A DNA stretch of 64,000 nt, taken from positions 1,472,001 through 1,536,000 of the forward strand of contig OZ250172.1 of NCBI GenBank assembly GCA_965237905.1, in the 5' to 3' direction. This DNA is from Nitrospinaceae bacterium. GTDB lineage: Bacteria > Nitrospinota > Nitrospinia > Nitrospinales > Nitrospinaceae. Position numbers and translations under genes: made by a program. Shown here piece after piece: positions 47,846-57,116 of this stretch (its first letter is position 1; each line of letters starts with the position of its first letter). The notes under the pieces are model-generated. The model was not told where the DNA came from, searched no databases, and saw nothing but the letters and a program-made list of their open reading frames with translations.

Positions 47846-50136
47846 ACAGACCTTTTCAAATATTTTCCCCAGAGTAGGCCCCCGAGGGTGAGTAGTAATA
47901 AACTGATCCCGCTAATCACCAAACCCAACTTTAATCCTTCCGGGAAATATTCAAATTCCAGAGTATGCTCACCCGGACCCAACTGCACCGCCCGGTAAAA
48001 ATGATTGGCTTTTAGAATAGGTTTTTCTTCACCGTCCACCTTGACCGTCCAGCCCGGAAAATAGGAATCCAATAAAACCAAAAACCCATTGCCTTCCTGA
48101 CGGGTTTTAACTGTAACGTGATTGGGGCGATACCTCACCTGTTCGACTTTACCATTAAAATTGGGAGATGCATCGAATTTCACCGATTCACTTAGCAGGA
48201 CTTCCTTGAAGGGATCGAACGATGCATTATAATATGCGCTTAATATATGGCGATCTTTTTCAAGTCTCCGATTGGGCACCATGAAGGCGCGAGGCAGGGC
48301 GGCTTTCAATATCTTTAACCTGTCTGGCAGAATGATCGGACGACCTTCGGAAAACATCGTGGGGCTATCTCCATCAATCCAATATTTCACATTACTTCTC
48401 TCCAAGATTCGGATCCTTTGAGCCGGGGAAGATTGATTAAGCCCTTCATTCCAAATCCAGGGATTCTTTAACTCCAAACCTATACCCAAAATACCGTTGG
48501 GATATTCCACACCAAAAATCATCCCATAATAGGGATAAAGATGTTCCCTGGCCGCATAATACCCTCCCTTAATATTAGGCTCGTTTGGAAATCCTTTAAA
48601 TATCTGAGTGTGTATTTTGCCTGTATAAACGCGAAAATGCTCATTTTCACTTTTAATATGCGCCAGCAACTTGGGCTGTGTTTGATAAAAATCGTTGCCC
48701 ACTGTCGGAATCACCTTATAACCCTGTGTCGCCAAATCCAGCCCTAACAACAATAAAATAGACGCATAAAATAAATTTCCCCCCAACTTTCCAAAATAAA
48801 ACAGCAAATAGATTCCACCAAAGACAAGGAGCGTGATGAATGACCCGGTCGCGTTTTTTTCAGGTTGAACGACAGACGCGACTACAACCATACCCAAAAC
48901 CAGAATCAGGGGCAGTAACACCGAACGTAATTTTATTTCCCGCTTCTGAGTCGCCGTAACCAGTATATCCAAAACATGGCCTGTCAAAAATACCAAAGCA
49001 AAAACAGAAAGATTAAAGAACTTCTCTGGAAACCGAAACAAATCCATTAAAGGAATCCACGAATAGATCCACTTATAAATCGGGTTGTGAGACCCTGACG
49101 CCAGAAAAATGCCAATCAAAAATACCCATAACCAAAATTGAACCGCTTTTTGTTGACGAAATTTAATGGCCACAATCAAAAAAAGGAATGGAATGAGGCC
49201 CATGTAGATACTTATAAAAAATGTGGTGATTCTGCCTCGGGGTCCGCTACCGGAAAAGTATTCATCAAAATTATTCGGCACTATGAGTTCGCCTAACTGC
49301 TTGAAGGCCATGGACCGGTATGAGTGGACCTCGAAAGACAATCCTCCTTCCCTTAAAGAAAGCTCAATCAATTGATAAGTGGGTATCAATTGTAAAGCCG
49401 ATGCCCCCAATGCCAGGATCACCAGGGCGGCTAACGCCGTTATTCGACCAGTCAGAGAAAGCGAAAATTGTTCTTTGGGAACCAAAATCAGGGAATGAGC
49501 CAGGAGCAATAATACCGTCAGAATACATAGCTCAGGGCTGGCGGCCAGAATTTGGCAAACCAAGGCAAGGGTTGCCGCGATAAAATACAGCGCTTTTTTT
49601 TCAATAACAAATTTTTGAAAAAGAAGGAATATTAAGGGTAACCAGACTACCGCCAAAAACCAATTACTGAGCATGGTGGAGGATAGGAAAAAACTGCTCA
49701 ATAAAGCCGTGAGAGAGGAACACAACGCCGCCGGCACAGAAAGCTCCCAACTTCTGGCCAAATAGTAAATGGGTATTATCAAAATAATAAAATGAAATAT
49801 ATAAAATATATTTAATGCAAGGGTGGAATTCGGCAGGGAAAAGATAATGCTGGGCGGATAAAAAACTCCTGTGTGAAAGGCCGCCATAAAAGGAGTTCCC
49901 GAATCAATTGACGGCGTCCAAAAAGGCAGGGCGCCCGACTGAAACGTCTGAGCAAGGAATGATTTAATGGGATAGGTTATAAATGAAAAATCGCTATAGT
50001 ACAGACTCCTTCCAAAAAATAAAATGGGGCTGAAAAAAACAACCAAACAAAGTAGTAGTATAAAAATACCCAGGCTGTCTTCTGACCAAACTTGGCTTTT
50101 TTTACCGAAATTGATCTTCAGAAAACCACTCTTCAT
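47842..50136 (-). CDS. YfhO-family protein, paralog 1
   Basis: PFWTP...SGTPF, FRFPEK, PRAF, DSYFPGW. Confidence 0.85.
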   Translation of the reverse strand: MKSGFLKINFGKKSQVWSEDSLGIFILLLCLVVFFSPILFFGRSLYYSDFSFITYPIKSFLAQTFQSGALPFWTPSIDSGTPFMAAFHTGVFYPPSIIFSLPNSTLALNIFYIFHFIILIIPIYYLARSWELSVPAALCSSLTALLSSFFLSSTMLSNWFLAVVWLPLIFLLFQKFVIEKKALYFIAATLALVCQILAASPELCILTVLLLLAHSLILVPKEQFSLSLTGRITALAALVILALGASALQLIPTYQLIELSLREGGLSFEVHSYRSMAFKQLGELIVPNNFDEYFSGSGPRGRITTFFISIYMGLIPFLFLIVAIKFRQQKAVQFWLWVFLIGIFLASGSHNPIYKWIYSWIPLMDLFRFPEKFFNLSVFALVFLTGHVLDILVTATQKREIKLRSVLLPLILVLGMVVVASVVQPEKNATGSFITLLVFGGIYLLFYFGKLGGNLFYASILLLLGLDLATQGYKVIPTVGNDFYQTQPKLLAHIKSENEHFRVYTGKIHTQIFKGFPNEPNIKGGYYAAREHLYPYYGMIFGVEYPNGILGIGLELKNPWIWNEGLNQSSPAQRIRILERSNVKYWIDGDSPTMFSEGRPIILPDRLKILKAALPRAFMVPNRRLEKDRHILSAYYNASFDPFKEVLLSESVKFDASPNFNGKVEQVRYRPNHVTVKTRQEGNGFLVLLDSYFPGWTVKVDGEEKPILKANHFYRAVQLGPGEHTLEFEYFPEGLKLGLVISGISLLLLTLGGLLWGKYLKRSV

Positions 50137-50218
50137 AAAGTTAACTCTTCCAGAACAAAAGGGTCAATCTCTCAAGTTTTAGTTGTAATTGATGTCAAAC
50201 AGCATAGCCAGCGATTTT

Positions 50219-52483
50219 CTATTTATTTTGATTCAACTCCTTCGCAAGAGCCATCAGTTCCCGGACATTGGAGATATAACTTTGAGTCTTCAGGAAAGCG
50301 GCTTGGGCCGATGGATTCATTTTCAAATCCCTAAGAGTTTTAGCTATTTCCAGATGCACCCGAAAAGACCGCGGATTAAGTTGTTCCGCCTGCCGGAATG
50401 AATCCAATGCCACTTGTAATTGCCCCTGAGCTCTGTAAAGCAAGCCCTTTCCCAACCACGCCTCAAAGCTTTCCGGAATCTTTTCTGTGATCTGGTCCAG
50501 CAGTATTTTCGCCTTCTCCAAACGACGATCGGCAATCAAATTATCCAGATACTGAAATATCCATTGCGGATTACTATGTTGCCCCAGGAATTTCCCTATC
50601 ATCGTGAGCACTTCCCGCTCCAATTCATATTGTCCCGTATCATGAAAATAATCCCGCATTGAATAAATCCAGACTTTCGGGTTATTCAGCCAATCCAAAT
50701 CGCGGCCGCTATTCGGTCTTGAAAGCTCCGCTTCCAACAAACTTTTAAACTCCTCCCAGGACCGCTGGTGTGAAAATTCATTACCCGTGAAAGAAGAAAC
50801 TGGAGAACCATATTGCAGTAAAATATTGCGATAGGGTTGCCAGCGGGAAGTAAATTTTGTTTGTTCGTATATAACCGAGTTTTGCTCCATCACCACTGGA
50901 GTCAAAACAGCATTTTTCTCAAGAAATTCCTGAGTATAGTCGGAAATACCCTCGAGGGATTTAAAATCATGTTTTTCATTATCAGGTAAAAAAAGATTTG
51001 GGTATCTTTTTGAAGTCAGCAGACCGGTACGGTGCGGGGAAATGAGGTCCCACACAGTCACTGCCGTCACATCATCCCTGAGGCGGCGCACATCCTGATT
51101 ATAATTGTAAAAAAACCAGGACAGACCGCTAACGAACACGGCCCGGTCAGGAAGGGTCAAGTACACCTGGCGGGTAAACGTTTCCGAAAGATGGTTCCAG
51201 GAATGATCAACTCTCACATAATTGTTCTTAATCATCGTCCAGGGAATAGCTAGGCTGATAAGCAGTAAAGCCACTCTTCCCCAACGAATCCCAAGAGGCC
51301 CGGGTTTATTGAGTATAATTTTTTCGAGGGATTCATCGGAAGGGTTAGGGGTCCGGGATTTCCACCACCGGGTAAATAGTATCTGGTAAAGAAACAGCGC
51401 TGTAAACAGGGAAACAATGACATAAGAAGGCAAAAAGGCCTCCCCCCGCCACGATGTAAAAAAGACGATATTGGTCCCTACAATCACCGCGCAAAAGAGA
51501 AAAAAAGGCAGACTTTTTCTAAAACAGATCACCGCTCCCGCCAAAAACCCGATCGCAGATACCAGGGAAAGGTTATGGTGGATATCCATTATGAAAACAG
51601 ATCCGATATGCCGGATTTTTGAAAACAGGCCAGCGATCCAACTCATTGCCGATTCCCGGGTTTCCGCTACCGTGGTGGCAACCGCTGCTGGCTGGTTTAA
51701 AATCTCAAAATGCGTGTGGGAATCCTTCTGATCCGTGATCTGAAATAAAAATCCCCGTAATGTCTCCGGGTTACCCCAATCAAAGGTCGGTTCCGTTAAG
51801 GAACGGATTGGCAAATACATGTAAATCGAAAAACCCAAAAGAAAAAACAGGACAGATAACGAGAGATGTCGCCATCGATTGTGCCGACACCAGAAAAGGA
51901 ACAAAATCAAAATGGCGGGAAGGTAAAAGGCCACCGTTCCATGATTCCCGGCGCTCAAACCATAAACCAGTGCCGCAGAATACAGATAACGGATGTCCTC
52001 CTTTTCTTTCCATTTCAAGAGACCCAATATGACTAAAACCGTAAACAGGGTATGCAGGGTGTACACTTCCGCCAGCATGGTGTTTCCCCAGAAGGGCATG
52101 CAAAAAGCCATAAAACCGACCGGCAATAATGAGGGCCATAAAAAAGAAGAGCCCGAATCCTCTGGCCCCGCCAGCACTCTCAAAAATGTGACCGAAGCCA
52201 TATAAAGAGCTAATAAAGCCAGACACGCCATCAGACTGGAGAAGAGATTGACCTTGAAGGGAATGGCCCCCATCGGGAAAAAAGTCACCGCCTTGGCCAT
52301 CAAATTATAGATGGGAAATCCGGCCGGGTGGCTGATACCCAGCGAAAAAGCGGTATTGACAAACTCCGGGGTATCTCTATAAAAAACGGTCGGGGAAAGA
52401 CTGGATAAATAAACGAACCAGGCAAGGACTAACAAACAAAAGATGGGAATATTTCTTGAATAGGCGGGATTCTCAGAGCACAT
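50219..52483 (-). CDS. DUF2723 / TMEM260-like protein O-glycosyltransferase with C-terminal TPRs
   Basis: PTV..RDTPEF......LGISHPAGFP.Y, AEVYTL, NH, YLPIRS, DWGNP; TPR-like helices at the C-terminus. Confidence 0.85.
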   Translation of the reverse strand: MCSENPAYSRNIPIFCLLVLAWFVYLSSLSPTVFYRDTPEFVNTAFSLGISHPAGFPIYNLMAKAVTFFPMGAIPFKVNLFSSLMACLALLALYMASVTFLRVLAGPEDSGSSFLWPSLLPVGFMAFCMPFWGNTMLAEVYTLHTLFTVLVILGLLKWKEKEDIRYLYSAALVYGLSAGNHGTVAFYLPAILILFLFWCRHNRWRHLSLSVLFFLLGFSIYMYLPIRSLTEPTFDWGNPETLRGFLFQITDQKDSHTHFEILNQPAAVATTVAETRESAMSWIAGLFSKIRHIGSVFIMDIHHNLSLVSAIGFLAGAVICFRKSLPFFLFCAVIVGTNIVFFTSWRGEAFLPSYVIVSLFTALFLYQILFTRWWKSRTPNPSDESLEKIILNKPGPLGIRWGRVALLLISLAIPWTMIKNNYVRVDHSWNHLSETFTRQVYLTLPDRAVFVSGLSWFFYNYNQDVRRLRDDVTAVTVWDLISPHRTGLLTSKRYPNLFLPDNEKHDFKSLEGISDYTQEFLEKNAVLTPVVMEQNSVIYEQTKFTSRWQPYRNILLQYGSPVSSFTGNEFSHQRSWEEFKSLLEAELSRPNSGRDLDWLNNPKVWIYSMRDYFHDTGQYELEREVLTMIGKFLGQHSNPQWIFQYLDNLIADRRLEKAKILLDQITEKIPESFEAWLGKGLLYRAQGQLQVALDSFRQAEQLNPRSFRVHLEIAKTLRDLKMNPSAQAAFLKTQSYISNVRELMALAKELNQNK

Positions 52484-52494
52484 CCAATGAACTC

Positions 52495-52533
52495 AAAAAA
52501 GAAACTCTTCCCACCCCAAAGGGTGGGAAGAGT
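52495..52533 (-). terminator. Strong intrinsic terminator after pilin 1
   Basis: 13-bp perfect stem ACTCTTCCCACCC/GGGTGGGAAGAGT followed by TTCTTTTTT on the minus strand. Confidence 0.85.
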
Positions 52534-52566
52534 ATCATTGCAATTAAAACCAAACTCCAAATAACC

Positions 52567-52935
52567 TTACATCCGGGCAATTGCGCCAAGAGAGTTGAGG
52601 CTGAAAGAATTGGTAGAGTTAGTATTTTGTCCAGTGCCATTGAAACTGGTCTCAATACCTGTAGCGACAACACTTACGCCAGTCGACTGAATGTAGCCAT
52701 AAGTCGTCAGGGTGTACTGGGCTGAGTTACAAGTAGCCAGAGATCCTGAATCGGCCCAGTAAGCCTTACAAGCCAGATAAATGTTATGCAAGTTGGCTTG
52801 GGCGTCAGAATCGTACGCACGTGATTTATACTGATTGAACTGCGGGATAGCAATAGCCGCCAAAATACCGATGATGGCAATAACGATCAGCAGTTCGATC
52901 AAAGTGAAACCTTTTTGATTTCTTAATTTAGTCAT
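52567..52935 (-). CDS. pilA: Type IVa major pilin, copy 1
   Basis: [33 protein letters not shown]; 113-aa mature protein. Confidence 0.95.
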   Translation of the reverse strand: MTKLRNQKGFTLIELLIVIAIIGILAAIAIPQFNQYKSRAYDSDAQANLHNIYLACKAYWADSGSLATCNSAQYTLTTYGYIQSTGVSVVATGIETSFNGTGQNTNSTNSFSLNSLGAIARM

Positions 52936-53045
52936 TCTATTTACTCCTCCTAAAGACATCAATAATATTTGCCAATAATAAAACCAAAAGCTTTTTGGGA
53001 CTCTCCCCAAATTTTGAATCTAGTATTCGGTTTTGCCATTTAAGA

Positions 53046-53114
53046 GGCAATACCAATGCCATACCTTGCAAACCCCACTGAAAATAATACTTTCCCTTAT
53101 TTTTCAAATAGTTA
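53046..53114 (-). promoter_or_regulatory. Sigma54 promoter plus IHF-like site for pilin 1
   Basis: TGGCATTGGTATTGCC (53061-53046); TTTCAA-ATAG-TTA at 53102-53114. Confidence 0.75.
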
Positions 53115-53169
53115 AGGTACTTTAATTTAATTTCTTCCCGGACGTTATCTTATGAAAATTCTCAAAAGA

Positions 53170-53205
53170 GACAAATTGTGTCACTCTGGAAGACAAAAAT
53201 TGTGC
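53170..53205. promoter_or_regulatory. Putative enhancer (PilR-like activator sites)
   Basis: GACAAATTGTGTC and GACAAAAATTGTGC, starts 22 bp apart, 110-145 bp upstream of the sigma54 site. Confidence 0.45.
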
Positions 53206-53444
53206 AACTCCATTTGGTACAAGGGGTTCCCCCGAATTACCCAAACTCATTCCGCAAACTGTCTGACGATGATGCCTCTTTAAATATTCTATCGAGGTTG
53301 ATGCAATAATTTGAGTTTTGTTGGAGTAATCCAAGGGAGGTTTGAGGGGGAATTCATCCCCCATCAACGGAAAGCTATCTGACTTGTGAGAATAGAAGGA
53401 ATGTAACAGATGGGAACAACACTTGAAAGACCAAGATGCCGTTA

Positions 53445-53846
53445 TTACAGCCGGTTGATTGTCCCTTTTTGGTCGATACTATACGAGTTGGTGCTGTTGG
53501 TGTTCTGAGCAACGGCCGTAAAAGCCCAATCCACGCCCAAGCCGCTTATACTAACATCCGTTGACTGAATGTAGCCGTAAGTCGTCGTCGCATAGTAAGC
53601 CGAGGTACAAATCGCATTAGACCCACTATCTCCCCAATACGCTTTACAGGCAATATAAACATTATGCAAGTTGGCTTGGGCGTCAGAATCGTAAGAGCGG
53701 CTTTTATATTGATTGAATTGCGGAATGGCAATCGCCGCTAAAATCCCAATGATGGCGATCACAATCAACAACTCAATCAGGGTAAACCCAGCCTGAGAGC
53801 CGGAAGTTTTTCTTTTCAAATTTTTCAACTTATTGACACCTTTCAT
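53445..53846 (-). CDS. pilA: Type IVa pilin, copy 2
   Basis: [24 protein letters not shown]; 113-aa mature protein; 82/113 identical to copy 1 by hand count. Confidence 0.93.
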   Translation of the reverse strand: MKGVNKLKNLKRKTSGSQAGFTLIELLIVIAIIGILAAIAIPQFNQYKSRSYDSDAQANLHNVYIACKAYWGDSGSNAICTSAYYATTTYGYIQSTDVSISGLGVDWAFTAVAQNTNSTNSYSIDQKGTINRL

Positions 53847-53898
53847 TACCGCTCTCCTCATCTTCTTTCTAGAGTTGAATCTTAACAAGCCTAGACAG

Positions 53899-53967
53899 TG
53901 CAAGGGCAATGCCAACTCAACCATAGTTTCCAGTATAAGGGGCAACTTTCCGTTTATCAATTAGTTA
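53899..53967 (-). promoter_or_regulatory. Sigma54 promoter plus IHF site for pilin 2
   Basis: TGGCATTGCCCTTGCA (53914-53899); TATCAA-TTAG-TTA at 53955-53967 matches WATCAA-N4-TTR. Confidence 0.78.
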
Positions 53968-54125
53968 TAAACTTACTCTTGAATATCCTAATTCCAATAC
54001 TATGTATAATCCGAAGTTCCACACCATAAACTGACAAAAATAGGAACTATGATAGACTCTATGGCCGAAAATTGTTTGGACTCCATTCGATTTCAAGGTA
54101 AGGTTTTTGGAATAAGGATAAATTG

Positions 54126-54833
54126 ATGATGAAAAACTCTCCCAAAGAAAAATCAGGCATCCTTGGAGGAACCTTTGACCCGATCACTTTGGGGCATCTG
54201 GGCCTGGCGCAGGATATTCAGAAAAAAATGAACCTGGACCAGGTATGGTTTATTCCCGCCTGGCAGTCCCCTCATAAACAAGGCCAACCCGCCACCGACG
54301 CCGGCCACCGGTTGAACATGCTGAAGGAAGCCCTGGCCCTATATCCAAATTTTGAAATTTCGGAAATCGAACTCAATCAAAAAAGAGTTTCCTATACCAT
54401 TAATACCCTGACCGCGCTCCAAAGCCAGCACCCGGATACCGAATGGTATTTGATCCTGGGAATGGATACCTTTCGGGACTTTGCTACCTGGAAAAATGTC
54501 CGGGAAATTTTAGAGAGAGTTCACCTGGCCGTCGCCACCCGTCCCGGCTACCCGAACGACCTCGCCCCAAAAACCTTGCAAGTCCTGATGGACAACCTCC
54601 CCTTTTCATATCAGTTGCACCGGCAGACAAGCGAGGTCCGGACCTACCTGTGTCAAGAGACCGGGAAGACTCTCGTTTTTTGTGACATCGAACCTATCGA
54701 TGTATCCTCCAGCGAAACACGTGAAAAGGTAAAGTCCGGTTTATCAGTCAAAAAGATGTTGCCACCCGAAGTTGAACAGTATATTATGACCCATCATTTA
54801 TACCAAGCAGACCCCCGGCCGCAACCTGAATGA
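54126..54833 (+). CDS. nadD: Nicotinate-nucleotide adenylyltransferase
   Basis: GGTFDPITLGH, SPHK, SYT..TL, ILGMD...W, VSSSETR. Confidence 0.95.
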   Translation: MMKNSPKEKSGILGGTFDPITLGHLGLAQDIQKKMNLDQVWFIPAWQSPHKQGQPATDAGHRLNMLKEALALYPNFEISEIELNQKRVSYTINTLTALQSQHPDTEWYLILGMDTFRDFATWKNVREILERVHLAVATRPGYPNDLAPKTLQVLMDNLPFSYQLHRQTSEVRTYLCQETGKTLVFCDIEPIDVSSSETREKVKSGLSVKKMLPPEVEQYIMTHHLYQADPRPQPE

Positions 54834-55186
54834 AAGCACCCTTAAGCGAGCTTCAACAATTGGTGGTGGATGCCGCTACCGAAAAAAAAGCTTCCGACAT
54901 TATCATTCTTGACTTGAGAACCCGAACCGATCTAACGGACTACTTTATGATCTGTAGTGGCCGGTCCAAGGTTCAGGTGCAGGCTATTGCGGATAGCATT
55001 CTGGAACGATCCTATCAAAGCCCCTTCAAGGTGCATACCGTGGAAGGCCGTTCCACCGGCAACTGGATCATCCTGGATCTGGGAGATTTGATGGTCCATG
55101 TGTTTCATCAAGAAACAAGAAGTCATTACGATTTGGAACGGCTGTGGGGAGATGTTCCCGTTATCGCTGAAATGAGTGGTTCATAG
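54830..55186 (+). CDS. rsfS: Ribosome silencing factor
   Basis: KKASDI, DYFMICSG.S..QVQAI, WIILD.GD..VHVF..ETR..YDLERLW. Confidence 0.96.
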   Translation: MKAPLSELQQLVVDAATEKKASDIIILDLRTRTDLTDYFMICSGRSKVQVQAIADSILERSYQSPFKVHTVEGRSTGNWIILDLGDLMVHVFHQETRSHYDLERLWGDVPVIAEMSGS

Positions 55187-55206
55187 AATGTGGAGAATCT
55201 TAAAGC

Positions 55207-55602
55207 ATGAAGTACGAAAATCTTCCGGAAATGAAATCCAAATTGCAGGACATCCGCTCCCGATTACTGGGCGGAATCGAAAAAACCCTCAAAACGAGCC
55301 AGGATGAGGGATTCACCCAGCTCATTCCTGATATCACAGACGACGCGTCCCGTTCCTTTTCACGGCAAATGCTACTCAACCTTGGAGAACAGGACCGAGA
55401 AAGATTGATTCAGGTGGAGGAAGCTCTCTATCAAATCGAAAACGGCGGATATGGAATCTGCAAATTATGCGAGACATCCATTCCCGAGGCCCGGTTGAAA
55501 GTGGTCCCTTTTACCCAGCATTGCGTTGCCTGCCTGAATCAAGTCGAACAGGGCCAGAAAAACAACGGACATAACGGATCGGATCAACTCGAAGCCTTTT
55601 AA
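55207..55602 (+). CDS. dksA: DksA-like C4 zinc finger protein
   Basis: PDITDDA coiled-coil tip; YGIC..C...I...RL...P....C..C. Confidence 0.8.
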   Translation: MKYENLPEMKSKLQDIRSRLLGGIEKTLKTSQDEGFTQLIPDITDDASRSFSRQMLLNLGEQDRERLIQVEEALYQIENGGYGICKLCETSIPEARLKVVPFTQHCVACLNQVEQGQKNNGHNGSDQLEAF

Positions 55603-55697
55603 ATCCGCTTTTCCAGACCACCTGCCGACCAAATTCCACCTGAGGGCTAAAATTGGTTATACTGTTATGAACCAATCTATATAAGGGCTGCCGTCAC

Positions 55698-57014
55698 GTG
55701 TCTCTACGACTGATCATTACTTTCGTCTTTTTCACTCTCCTGACCGTATATTTCACCTTATTGAATCCGGGAGATGTTGAAATCCACCTGACCCAGAACA
55801 CCTCTTTTCCCATTCCGGCGGCGGTGTTCCTGTTGATTTCTGTTTTGATCGGGGTACTGCTGACTTCCATCTTTACCGGTTACAGCCAAATCAAAAACGC
55901 CTTCAAGCGGTTTCTGAAAAACCGGCCCCTGGAAAACAAAATCCGTCGACGAAAACAATGGAAAAAACTGTACCAAAAAGCCGAAAACGCCCTGAAAGGC
56001 GGGCACCGTGAGCGGGCGCTCTCACTATTCAATAAAATTTTGAATGGAAACCCAAAGCACATTGCTGCTCTGATTCAATTGGGCAACATTTACCGGGAAA
56101 TGGGAAAAACCACAAAAGCCCTCGAGGCGCACCAAAAAGCGGTCGATGCCGACCGGGACAACCCTCAGGCGCTCCAATGCCTGGCAGAGGATTTCGCCAC
56201 TGCAGGACAGTTAAGCAAAGCCATCGACGCTCTGAAACAAGCCCGCCATTTGGAACCTGATTCCCTATTCACCCTCCGTAAATTGAGAGAAGCTTACCGG
56301 AAACAGGGCACCTGGAATCTGGTTCTGCAAATTCAAAAATCCATTTTGTCGCATATCTCGAACGCCAAAGAACTTGAACAGGAAAAAGAATATTCCAGTC
56401 AAATCGCCTACCTCCGGGGATGCGAGCTGATCAGTCAACAACAAATTGAACCGGCAATTTCCGAATTGAAACGGGCCATCAAAGAAAACCCGAAATCGCT
56501 TCCCCCTTATATTAAATTGGGAGACCTGTATCAGCAAAACGGCAATTCGAAAGCGGCGATCAAAACCTGGAAATCCGGCTTTGAAATCACCGGATCCCAC
56601 ATCTGCCTGCTTCGTCTGCGAGCGGCCTATGAACAAGCGGAACAACCGGACGAAGTGATCAAACTGTATCAGGAAGCCGTTCGCGCTTCCCAGAACTCGA
56701 AAAAGGAAACGTTGGTCCTCACCCTGGCCGGGCTGTATCTTGATCAAGGCAAATTGGAAGAAGCCATGCAAATCCTGTGGAGTATTGCATCACCTTCCAT
56801 CCCTGCCCACCTTCTTCTCATCAAGGCGCACCAGGACAAACACGAAGCGGAAAAGGCGGATCAAGTCATTCGCGCCGCCTTGAAAAAATTGACGACCTCA
56901 CTTTCCAAGTTCGTCTGTCGGCAATGCAATAGTGAATTTGATCAATGGTCGGGGATATGTCCGGAGTGTCAGGCGTGGGACAGCCTCGATTCCGCCATAC
57001 AACATACCCTCTGA
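55698..57014 (+). CDS. lapB: LapA-like TM domain fused to LapB-like TPR and rubredoxin domains
   Basis: TM-N-loop-TM at the N-terminus, TPRs, C-terminal CRQC...W...CPECQAW. Confidence 0.75.
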   Translation: MSLRLIITFVFFTLLTVYFTLLNPGDVEIHLTQNTSFPIPAAVFLLISVLIGVLLTSIFTGYSQIKNAFKRFLKNRPLENKIRRRKQWKKLYQKAENALKGGHRERALSLFNKILNGNPKHIAALIQLGNIYREMGKTTKALEAHQKAVDADRDNPQALQCLAEDFATAGQLSKAIDALKQARHLEPDSLFTLRKLREAYRKQGTWNLVLQIQKSILSHISNAKELEQEKEYSSQIAYLRGCELISQQQIEPAISELKRAIKENPKSLPPYIKLGDLYQQNGNSKAAIKTWKSGFEITGSHICLLRLRAAYEQAEQPDEVIKLYQEAVRASQNSKKETLVLTLAGLYLDQGKLEEAMQILWSIASPSIPAHLLLIKAHQDKHEAEKADQVIRAALKKLTTSLSKFVCRQCNSEFDQWSGICPECQAWDSLDSAIQHTL

Positions 57015-57116
57015 TTTTCAGCAGGGAATAGCGACGGCAAGACAGGGTAACCGCTCCCGGGAAGGCACACGGGTGCCGACCCGATTCGCGTCATAAAGAA
57101 AAACGTGGGGATTTTC

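Noticed and set aside
37253..53967. Pilin-glycosylation locus as an autonomous mobile element
   Set aside because: It is somewhat AT-richer, but no integrase, transposase, tRNA or flanking direct repeats are visible
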